A stretch of 64,000 nt of DNA, from positions 114,578,001 through 114,642,000 of the forward strand of contig NC_086108.1 of the NCBI RefSeq assembly GCF_963921235.1, in the 5' to 3' direction. Numbering within the stretch: the first letter of the stretch is position 1; each line of letters begins with the position of its first letter. The notes under the pieces were generated by a model, which was not told where the DNA came from, did not search any database, and was given only the letters and a program-made list of their open reading frames with translations. The stretch comes from Mobula hypostoma. Its lineage: Eukaryota. Positions 38,301 through 49,900 of the stretch are shown here, piece after piece. A program made the translations under genes and the position numbers.

Positions 38301-40912
38301 ATGCAACCTAGCTTGTCTTTCAGGAAGCAAACACTAGAGAGGCGTCCCGATGGGAGAGCCGGCCTGCAGGGACCAGCCCCAATCCAGCCTGGATTGTAGG
38401 GCACCCGCTACACCTCTGTTCTCTCCCACACCACCTCTATGCCTGCTCCCCTGGGTGGCTGTGCCAGGCGAATTCACAGCATGACGGTCTGGTTCGTGTT
38501 ACAACTGAACCCATTGTTATTGCCTATGAACCAATAAACTAGAGTTGCAGTATTTGCAATATTTTATGTCACTAATGTCCAACAGGGTCTTGCAATCACA
38601 AGAGCATTTGAGACAATGATATGTACCATTTTTTTTGGACCCAATGAGGTCATTGCAAACAAGTGCACCACCATCTTACTGGAACTTAATGCCTTAACTT
38701 GGCCTCCCCACCTTCCTACACTAGTAACAGGCCTTCGCCACTCTCTGCGTGCAGCTTGGTAAGTGTTCCCTGGTATTACTGTGTAGCTAATCAGTTGTGT
38801 GCACTTCCTGCCAGCATGATACAGGAGATCGTGGAGTGAACGTGATCATCGAGATGTTGTCCAACGTGAACCTGAACAGTGACCTACAGCTTCTGTCAAA
38901 TGGCGGGCGAGTGATAGTGAGTGTATCTGCTACCGGCGCTGCGCGTTAAATCGTAGGGGGTGATTCAGCCCCTCGTATCCCAGCAGCTCTCTGACCACAC
39001 TGCACACCATCATCCACCAAAGATACATCATCTCAGCTGGTTGATTTGGAAGACTCTGTGCTGTTGGAGACAGAGGCCCCACCCCACCCTCGGTGGGGAG
39101 AGCTTCCTGACGTCAGCCTCAGCAAGCTGCCTCTGGAAGCCAGTTGACCACTCGGACCTTCAGGTCCACTGCTTACCTCAGCACCACTTCCCTAACTCAA
39201 CAATCTCTGCGTGAACTCTGTCTGAACTTCCACAGCCATCAGAGACACAGAATTCCCACCTCATCCCCAACCTTAGTAAAGGAATTTCTATTCATTTTAT
39301 TTACTTAGAGATACAGTACGGAACACACTCTTTCAGCCCTTCTAGCTGCACCGCCAGCAACTCACTGACATAACCCTAGCCTAATCACAGGACAATTCAC
39401 AATGACCAATTAACCTGTAAACCGGTATGTCTTTGGACTACGTGAGGAAACCGGAACACCCGGAGGAAACCCACGCAGTTATGAGCAGAAATGTGTAAAC
39501 TTCCTCACAGAGGACATCAGAATTGAACTCTGAACTCCGATGGCCCAAGCTGTAATAGTGTTCTGCTGACTGATGTGCTACTCTGGTGAGGCAGTGAGCT
39601 AGTTCTAAACTCCATAGTCACAGGCAACTCCCACCTCATCTAACTCTGGAAGAGTTTTGTAAATTTCAATATGATCATCTCTCATCCTGATAAACTTTAA
39701 AGTTTAGTCCAGATAATTGTCATTCAATGGTATATGCATTTCACCAAATGAAACAATGTTGCTCTGGACCAAGGTGCACAACGCAATGCATACAACTTGC
39801 ATACAACACATAAAGTAATATCTCCACAAATAATAGGTGCACTTATGACCAAAGTTAAAAGTAAACAGTGTAACACTACTGGTGCTTCATGTGTGATGAG
39901 ACCTGGGTGGTGGCAGGGAATTCAGTACGGCCTGGGGGAAGAAGCTGTTTCCCATCCTAACAGTCCTTGTACTAATGCTACAGTACCTACCTGATGGTAG
40001 GGATTCAAAGAGATTGTTGGATGGATGAGAGGGATCATTGACAACGCTAAGGGCCCTGCATATGCAGCACTACATGCTTTGTCTCCTCGACGGTCCCGCA
40101 CAAGGCAAACCCAATGTAGTGAAGATTTACTCCATTCACGCAAAAAAACACATATATAGTCCAAGACCCTGATGGACATGTCCAGCAAATTGATGGTACT
40201 GTTCCCGAATCCAGACTGTCATTCCACTGATCAAACACTGGAGGGTAGCACTGACAGGAGAGGCAGCCCCAACAGAGCACGGATGCCATGCTACACCACC
40301 TTTGGCATCTCCTCTCCTGAGCTGCAGCAGCAGGCACGCCCGTGACTTGAGGCCTAGTCTTTGCTATAACCGAGGCCACGCAGCTTCCACGCTGCCTGTT
40401 GCATCACGAAACAAAGGAAACAGGCCGCAGCATCTTGCATTATCAATGTCCAACAGGGCCTTATGATCACAAGAGAAAAATCCAAGATAATCACCCTCAG
40501 TTTCACTGCACACTACCTTTGTGCACAACTTTGATACCTTTGAGTAGCAGACAGCAACACAATCTGCACCCAGGCCGGCTCCACCGATCAAGGAACAGCT
40601 TACTGATGGGGTAGACCCGCAGCACCTGAAGGTCTTGGAGCTCAGCAGCATCTGACGATCACACTTTACAAAGAAAACCTTTGGTCAGCTCCCAAGAGGC
40701 TGCTGTGTCTGACCGGGCTGTCTTCTTCCCGGAAGATTCGAAGGTTCATTTATAATCAAAGTACATATGCAGTATTCTTCTGAGATTCATCTTTTATAGC
40801 CACAAAACAAGGAAAACCATAGAAGTCATTCAAAGATAAGCATCAACCCTCCCCAACACACAAACAAAAACAAACCGCAAAAAAGGCAAGAGCAACCCCA
40901 ACCCCACCTCCT

Positions 40913-40962
<50 letters not shown>

Positions 40963-43900
40963 CTAACACTGCAGCAAGAAAGTACGGCAACATGATCATC
41001 AAACACCTCCCACATGAAAAAAAAATCATGCAGCAGCAACAACAGCATCAACCCCCCCCCCCCGCCAAAGCAGGAACATCAAACCCCAAATCCCTCCTTA
41101 GATATCAAACCCACCCCCTCCCCAACATCAAATCCAAAATCCAACTTTGGAGACCAGGCTGTACATTATATGCAGGTACAATCTTGCCAGGGCCTTGTTT
41201 AATTGTATTAACTGTTTCCCCACATTATGGGCGCCACAATAATGTAGTGGTTATGTGACGCTATTAAGCTTGGGGTGTCAGAGTACAATCTCAGCGTCCT
41301 CTAAGAAGTTTGTACATTCCCCCTGTGGAATGCATACTTCCTCTGAGTACCTTGGTTTGCTCCCACAATCCATAGATGCTTTGGTTAGTAGGTTAATTGA
41401 TCATTGTAAATTATCCCTTGATTAGGCCAGGATTAAGTTGGTAGGTTGCTGGGAGGTGTGGCTAAACAGGTGAGTTCTGGATGGTGCGGCACATTGGGCC
41501 AGAAGGGCCAGTTCCACACCGTGTCTCTAAATAAAATAAAAATTAAAAGTAACTAATTCACATTTTGTTACCTTCCATTCTATAGGAAAGATTCCCGATT
41601 TACAGAATGACCAATGAACCCACTACCTCTGGGACAGCCTCTTTCAAAAACCCTCCAGTTCTGGAAGTATAAGTAAATCCCTCTGCCTTAATCTGTTAAC
41701 AACCCAATTTGTGTCACTTTTAATATTTTAGCAAAGACCACACGCTGCAGTCTGTTTAGTTTGTAAACCCAGAAAGTCCCCAGTGAATCGGATTCAGGTT
41801 TCATGTAAGACCATAAGGTACAGTGGTAGAATGTGGTCATTTGACCCATCGAATCTGCTCCACCATTTCATCATTGCTAATCCAATTTTCCTGTCACTCC
41901 CATCTCCTGCCCTATAGCCCTTCATGCCCTGACCAATCAAGAATCGAGCAAACTCTGTCTTAAATATTCATAAAGACCTGGTTTCCACAACTGCCTGTGG
42001 CAAAGAATTTCACAGCTTCATCAGTCTCTGGCTAAAGAGATTCCTCCTTATCTCCATACTAAAAGGACACCCTTCTATTCTGATCACAAACAAGAGAAAA
42101 TCTGCAGATGCTGGAAATCCAAACAACACACACAAAATGCTGGAGGAACTCAACAGACCAGGTACAGTCAAAACATCGACTGTACTTTTTGCCAATAGAT
42201 GCTGCCTGGCCTGCTGAATTCCTCCAGCATTTTGTGTGTGTTCCCCTCTATTCTGAGGCTGTGTCCTCTGTTCTTAGACTCTTCCCCCACCCCACATAGG
42301 AAACATCCTCTCCCCATCCAGGCCTTCATGCCTGACCAATCAAGGCCTTTCACCATTCAATAGGATTCAATGAGGTCACCCCTCACTCTTCTGAATTCCA
42401 ACGAATATAGATCCAGAGCCATCAAACGCTCTTCATATGACAAGCCATTCAATCCTGGAATCACTTTTGTTAACCTCCTTTGAACCCTCTCCTGTTTCAG
42501 CGCATCCTTTCTAAGATAAAGGGGCCAATATTGCTTGCAATACTCCAAGTCAGGCCTCCCTAGTGTTTTAGAAAGTCTCAACGTTACGTCCTTGTTTTTA
42601 TATCCTAGTCCTCTTGGAATGAATGCTAAAATTGCATCTGCCTTCCTTACCACAGGTTCAACCTGCAAATTAACCTTTAGGGAATCCTGCATAAGGACTC
42701 CCAAGTCCCTTTGCACCTCAGCTTTTTGTATTTTCTCTCCATTTAAAAAATAGACAACCCATTTATTTCTTCTACCAAAGTGCATGACCATACATTTCCC
42801 AACACTGTTGTGCCATCTGCCATTTCTTCACCCAAATCGCCTGATCTGTCTAAATCCTGTAGTCTCTCTACTTCCTCAAAATGACCTGCACCTCCATCTA
42901 TCTTCATATCATCTGCAAATTTTGCAACAAAACCTTAATTTCTATCATCTAAATAATTGAAATAAAGCATAAAAAGAATTGGTCCCAACACAGACGTGTG
43001 AAATAATACTGGTCAGCGGCAGCCAACCAGAAACGGCTTCCTTTATTCCCACTCTTTGCCTCCTGCCAATCAGTCACTGTTTTATCCATGCTAGAATCTT
43101 TCCTGTGATACCATGGGCTCGTAGCTTGTTAAACAGGCTCATGTGGTAATTTGTCAAAGGCCTTCTGAAAATCCAAGCGCACATCCACCAATCTCCTTTG
43201 TCTACCCTGCTTGTTATTTCTTCAAAGAATTCCAACAGATTTGTCAGGCAAGATTTTCCCTTGAGGAAACCATGTTGACTACGGCCTATTTATCATGCAC
43301 CTCCAAGTATCATGAAACCTTATCCTTAACAATCGACTCCAACATCTTCACGATCACTGAGGTCAGGCTAAATGACCTATAGTTTCCTTCCTTCAACCTC
43401 TCTCCCTACCTGAGGAGAGGAATAACATTTGTAATTTTCCAGTCTTCCTGAACCATTGCAGAATCTAGTGATTCTTGAAAGATCATTACTAATGCCTCCA
43501 GGATCTCTTCAGCCACCTCTTTCAGAGTCCTGGGATGTACACCATCTGGTTCAAGTGACTTATCTACCTTCAGACCTTTCAGTTTCCCAAGAACCTTCTC
43601 TCTAGTTATGGTAACTTCACACACTCCATGACCCCTGACACCTGGAACTTCCATCATACTGCTAGTGTCTTCCACTATGAAGACTGATGCAAAATAATTA
43701 TTCAGTTTGTCTGCCATTTTGTTGTCCCCCATTACTATCTCTCCAGCATTGTTTTCCAGTGGTCCGATATCCACTCTTACCTCTCTTTTATCCTTTATGT
43801 ATCTGAAGAAACTTTTGATATCTTCATTAATATTGGCTAGCTTACTTTGATATTCCATCTTTACCTTCTTAATGGCTTTTTAGTTGCCTTCTGTTAATTT

Positions 43901-46900
43901 TTACAGGCTTCCCAATCCTCTTAACTTCATGCTAATTTTTGATTTATATGCCCTCTCTTTGGCTTTTATGGTGGCTTTGACTTCTCTTGTTAGCCATGGT
44001 TGTGTCATCTTTCCTTTAGAAGGCTATTTCCTCTTTGGGATTTATATATATTCCCTGCCTTCCAAATTGCTTCCAGAAATTCCAGCCATTGCTGCTCTGC
44101 TGTCATCCCTGGCCAAATCAATTCTGGTCAACTCTTTTCTCAAATTTCAGAGTGAATTTGATCACATTATGATCACTTACCCCTCAGGGTTCTTTTATTT
44201 TAAACTCTCTAATCAATTCTACTTCATTGCACAACACTCAATCCAGAATAGCTGTGGGTTTACTCATGAGCTGCTCCAAAAAGCCATCTCGTAGGCACTC
44301 TAGAAATTCCCCCACCTGGAATCCAGCACCAACCTGATTTTCCCAATCTACCTGCATATTGAAATTCCCACGACTATTGTAACATTACCCTTTTGGCTGC
44401 ATTTTCTATCTCCAGTTGCAATTTGTAAGCTATATCCTTACTACTGATTGGGGGTCTGTATCCAACTCCCATCAGGGTCTTTTTAACCTTGCAGTTCCTT
44501 AGCTCTGTCCACGATGATTCAACACCTTCCGACCCTATGTCATCTCATTCTAATGATTTGATTTGATGTTTTTTTTTAAACAACAGAGCATCGCCAACCC
44601 TCTGTCTTCCTTGGACATTAAGTTCCCAACTGCAATCTTCTTTCATCCATGATTCAGTGATGCCCGCAACATCATACTTACCAATCTGTAACAGTGCTGC
44701 AAGTTCATCTACCTTATTCCATATACTGTTCTAGTCCAAATACAACACCTTCAGTCCTGTATTCACCCTTTATGATTTAGTCCACCTTTTACGTTGCAAC
44801 TAATCCTGTTGACTACAATTTTGCCCTGTCAGCAGCCTCTCCTCACTACACATTGCCCCTGTTTGTAAACCAGCTACCTCATCCTCAGCACTATTATCAC
44901 CTTCCCTACGATACCTGTTGCATTGAGATACAGGCAGCTCAGGACACTAGTTGTACCATGCTCAACCTTTTGATTCCTGACTTTGTCTGAGGTCTGACCA
45001 ACATCTGCCTCCACAACCTCTCCACGATCTGTTCTGGCATTCTGGTTCCCATCCCCCTGCAACTCGAGTTTAAACCCCATTGTCCAGCATTAACAAACCT
45101 TCCCGCTAGGATGTTAGATCCCCTCCAGTTCAAGTGCAAACTATCCTTTCTGTACAGGTAAAGAGCCCAATGATCCAAAAATCTTATGCCCTCCTTTGTA
45201 CGCCAACTCCTGAGCCATGTATGCAACTGTATAATCTTCCTGGTTCTGGCCTCACTGGCACATAGCATGGGTAGCAATCCTGAGATCACAACCCTGGAGG
45301 TCCTGCCCTTTAACTGAGCACCAAACTCCCTGAACTCACTATGCAGAACTTAATCACTCGTCCTACCCGTGTCATGGGTACCTAAGTGGACCACTATTTC
45401 TGGATATTGACCCTCTCAATTAAGAATGCTGAGGACTCTATCCCAGCTATCCCAGCTATCCCGGACCCTGGCAGCCGGGAGACAACATACCATCCGGGAA
45501 TCTTGTTCTCACCCTCAAAGCCTCCTGTCCGCTCCCCTAACTGATGAATCCCCTACCATCACAACATGCCTCTTCTCCCCCCCTCCCCCCCCTCCCCACT
45601 CTGCCCTTACCTTCTGGGTCACAGAGGCAGTTCAGTGCTGGAGACTTGCCCACTGCAACTTTCCTCTGTTGGGTCTTCCCCCCACACCCTCGACAGTATC
45701 CAAAGTGAAATAGCTGTTGATGAGGGGGATGACTACAGGGGTACACTGGCTCCTTAACCCCATTCCCCCTTCTGACTGTCACCAGATTTCCTGTGTCCTG
45801 CTCCTTGGCTGTAACTACATCTCTACATGTCCTATAGCCCCCTTCAGCCTACCAAATGATCCAGAGTTCATCCATTTCCAGATCCCACTCCTTAACGCAG
45901 TTCATTAGAAGCTGCAGCTGGATGTACCTCGCAGTTGTAGTTGTCAGGGACACTGGAGATCTCCCTGCCTTCCCACATCCCACAAGAGAAGCATTGCACT
46001 ATCCTGTCTGGCATCCCTACTGTTCTAGCTGAACAGATATAAAGCAGAGAATGAAAGAAGGAGCTTTTCTTTCTTTTGCTTTCTCCGAGTGAAGCCTCTC
46101 TTCATTGAAGCTTCGACGATCACCACTCTGACTATGTCCACTCAGATGAAGGCTGCTGCATTTACCCCGCCTTCCTTTAATTTTCTCTTACTAATCAGTC
46201 AATAACGCTGACTGGTCACTTATCAAAGCTCGATTACACTGCCGTGACTCGCTTCTGTCTTTTATCCTTGGACAGTGGACCTGATTGAAGTCCCCTCCTC
46301 TCCAAGCTTCTTATGTCCAGATTGGACTGGCATCTGTTGTGGAATGTGTTGCTTTGCAGCAGCAGTACATTGCAATGCATAATAATAAAAAACATAAATT
46401 CAGGAGTCTGATGGCTAAGGGGAAGAAGCTGCACCTAGAACGTTGCGTGTATGCCTTCAGGCTGCTGTACCAGCACCTTGATGGTAGCAATGAGGAGACG
46501 GCATATTCTGGGTGATGGGGTTCATGCCTCCTTCGTGAGGCATCACCTTTTGAAGGTGTCCTTGATGCTGGGGAGACTGGTGCCCACGATGGAGCTGGAT
46601 GCAGCTTGTTTGATTCTGTGCCGTGGCCCCTTCATACCAGACAGTGATGCAATCAGTTAAATGCTGTCCGCAGTACATCTGTGGAATAGTACAAGTGTCT
46701 TTGGAGACATACCAAAACTCCTGGTGAAATACAGCTGCCATTGAGCCTGCACCCCGCACACTCAGCTGAAGTCTCCTCAGAATCTGTTGAAATTGTCAGA
46801 GGTTTTTGTCCTTGCAGTTGGCATGTGTTTATTCTGCAGATTGTAGGCTGCAGGGGCACCATTGAAATAAACCCCAGAGATACCATGGCCAAGGAGAGCA

Positions 46901-49900
46901 GCATTATTGGCACAGCACTGAACTCTGCGACCAAGGTAAGACAGTTACGCAGTTTTGGTCACCTACCTATAGGAAAAAATGTAAGAAAATTTACAAAGGT
47001 GTTGCTGGGACTGAAGGACCTGAGTTATAAGGAAAGATTGAATAGGTTAGGACTTTATTGCTTGGCACATAGAAGATTGAGAGGAGATGTGGTAGAGGTA
47101 TACAAAATTATGAGGGGTATAGATAGGGTAAATGCAAGTAGTATTTTTCAACTCAGGTTGGGTGATACTACAACTAGAGGTCATGGGTTAAGACCATTAG
47201 ATATAGGAGCAGAATTAGGTCATCTGGTCTGCTCCACCATCTCATCATGGCTGATCCAATTTTCCACTTAGCCCCAATCTCTGGCCTTCTCCCCATATCC
47301 CTTTATGCCCTGACCAATCAAGAATCTATTAGCTTCTCTCTTAAATATACATGAAGTCATGGCATTCACAGCTCCCTGTGGCAAAGAATTCCACAGATTC
47401 ACCACTCTCTGCCTAAAGAAACTCCTCCTCATCAATGTATTAAAAGGACACTCCTCTATACTGAGACTGTGTCCTCTGTTCTTAGACTCTACCCTCATAG
47501 GAAACATACTTTCCACATCCACTCCATCAATAAGTTTCAATGAGGTCACCCCTCATTCTTCTGAATTCTAGCGAATAAAGGCCTAGAGCCATGAAATACT
47601 CCTCATATGACAAGCCATTCAATCCTGGAATCATTTTCATGAATCTCCTTTGAACCGTCACTAGTTTCAGCACATCCTTTCTAAGATAAAGAGTTCAAAC
47701 TACTCACAATACTCCAAGTGAGACTTCACCAGTGCTTAATAAAGTCTCAACATTACATCATTGCTTTTGTATTCTAGTCCTTTTGAAATGAATGCTAACA
47801 TTGCATTTGCCTCCCTCACCACAGACTCAGCCTGTAAATTAACCTTTAGGGAATCCTGTACAAGGACTCTCAAATCCCCTTGCACCTCAGTTTTTTTTAT
47901 TTTCTCTCCATTTATAAAATAGTCAGCCATTTAATTCACCTACCAAAGCACATGATCATGTTGTTGTTGTCCGTCCTTCATAGTCGAAGATGACCATGGC
48001 TTCAAAGTCAAATGGGAGATTGGTGTGGGTCTGGAGGTGACTGATGAGGCCAATCCGGGCCCTGAAGGCTCGCCCACATGTGGGACACAAGTGGGTGGGT
48101 GCTGTCGTGGCAGTGGATGCTGCTCGGGCCTTGCGCACAGCACGCTTTCGTTGCGCCTCGATGATGCGCCTGACTTCAGCTGCACGGACTCCTGTGGTGA
48201 TCTTGCTGCACCAAGCTGGACGGTCGAGGGCAAGCGTCTCCCACGTGTTAATGTCGACACCCAGGCCTTTGAGGGACGCTTTCAGGCAGTCTTTGTAACG
48301 TTTCTTCTGCCCCCCGACTGAGCGCTTGCCCTGACACAGTTCTCCGTACAGCAGCTGCTTAGGCAATCGGCTGTCTGGCATTCTGACCACATGTCCAGCC
48401 CACCTGGCTTGGGCTTTCAGCAGGAGGGTGTAGACGCTGCAGAGCCCAGCTCATTCCAGGATTTCCATGTCGGGGACTTTGTCCTGCCACCTGATGTGGA
48501 GGAGTCTGCGGAGACAGCTCAGGTGAAAGTGGTTGAGCTGTTTGGCGTGTCTGCTGTAGACAGTCCAGGTCTCGCTGGCGTAAAGGAGGGTGGTAAGGAC
48601 CACTGCACAGTAGACCTTCAGCTTGGTGGTAAGGCTGAGTGCTCTCCGCTCCCAGACGTTCTCACGGAGTCTCCCAAAGGCGACGCTGGCTTTGGCAATC
48701 CTGTTGTTGACCTCAGCGTCTATGTTCACTGCGCGAGAGAGTATGCTGCCCAGGTAGGTGAAGTTGTCGACTGCCTGGAGGTTCTGGCCCTTCACTGTGA
48801 TGCGCGGCTCCTGGTATGGCTTTCCTGGGGCAGGCTGGTACACAACTTCGGTCTTTTTGGTGCTGATAGTGAGACCGAAGTTGTCGCAGGCTTGTGAGAA
48901 GCAGTCCATTTCACGCTGCATCTCCTGCTCTGTGCTGGCGTTGAGTGCGCAGTCATCAGCAAACAAGAAGTCTCTGATGACAGTCTCTTGCACCCTTGTA
49001 ACTGCCTGCAGACGCCTAAGGTTAAACAACCTGCCATCAGTCCTGTACCTGACGTGGATTCCTTCTTCGTAGTTACGGAAGGCATCTGTCAGCATGGCAG
49101 AGAATACCATACTGAACGGAGTCGGGGCAAGAATGCAGCCTTGTTTGACACCATTTGTCACTGGGAAGGCCTCCGACTCGTCACCGTCATCCAGAACTTT
49201 CACCATCATACCGTCGTGGAACTGCCGGACGATTGTGATGAACTTGTTGGGGCAGCCAAACTTCTCCATGATCTTCCACAAGCCTTCTCTGCTGACCGTA
49301 TCGAAAGCCTTGGTTAAATCGACAAAGGTCACGAAGAGGTCGCTGTGTTGCTCCTGGCATTTTTCCTGGAGTTGGCGCGCAGCAAAAATCATGTCCGCGG
49401 TCCCACGTTCAGCACGGAAGCCGCACTGGCTTTCTGGGAGCAGACCTTGCTCAAGATGTTGGAGAAGGCGGTTGAGCAGGACGCGGGCCAGAATCTTCCC
49501 CGCAATGGACAAGAGGGAGATGCCTCGGTGGTTGTCGCAAGACTGGCGGTTGCCTTTCCTCTTGTAGATGTGGACTATGCTGGCATCTTTCAGCTGTTGT
49601 GGGACCTGTCCCTTTTTCCACATGGATTGGAAGAGAACAGTCAGCTTTTGCATCATGACAGGGCCTCCTGCTTTATATACCTCAGCAGGGATTGCATCGG
49701 GTCCTGGCGCTTTGCCACAGGAGAGTTGCTTCACTGCCTTCCTGACTTCATCTACTGTGGGGAGGGTGTCGAGGTTCTTGTTGATCTCTACCTGGGGCAG
49801 GCGGGCAATGGCCTCGTCGTTGATGTCGGCAGGGCAGTTAAGGACGTTGTTAAAGTGCTCAGCCCACTGATCCAGAATCTGCTTCTTCCTCTCCCTCTTG

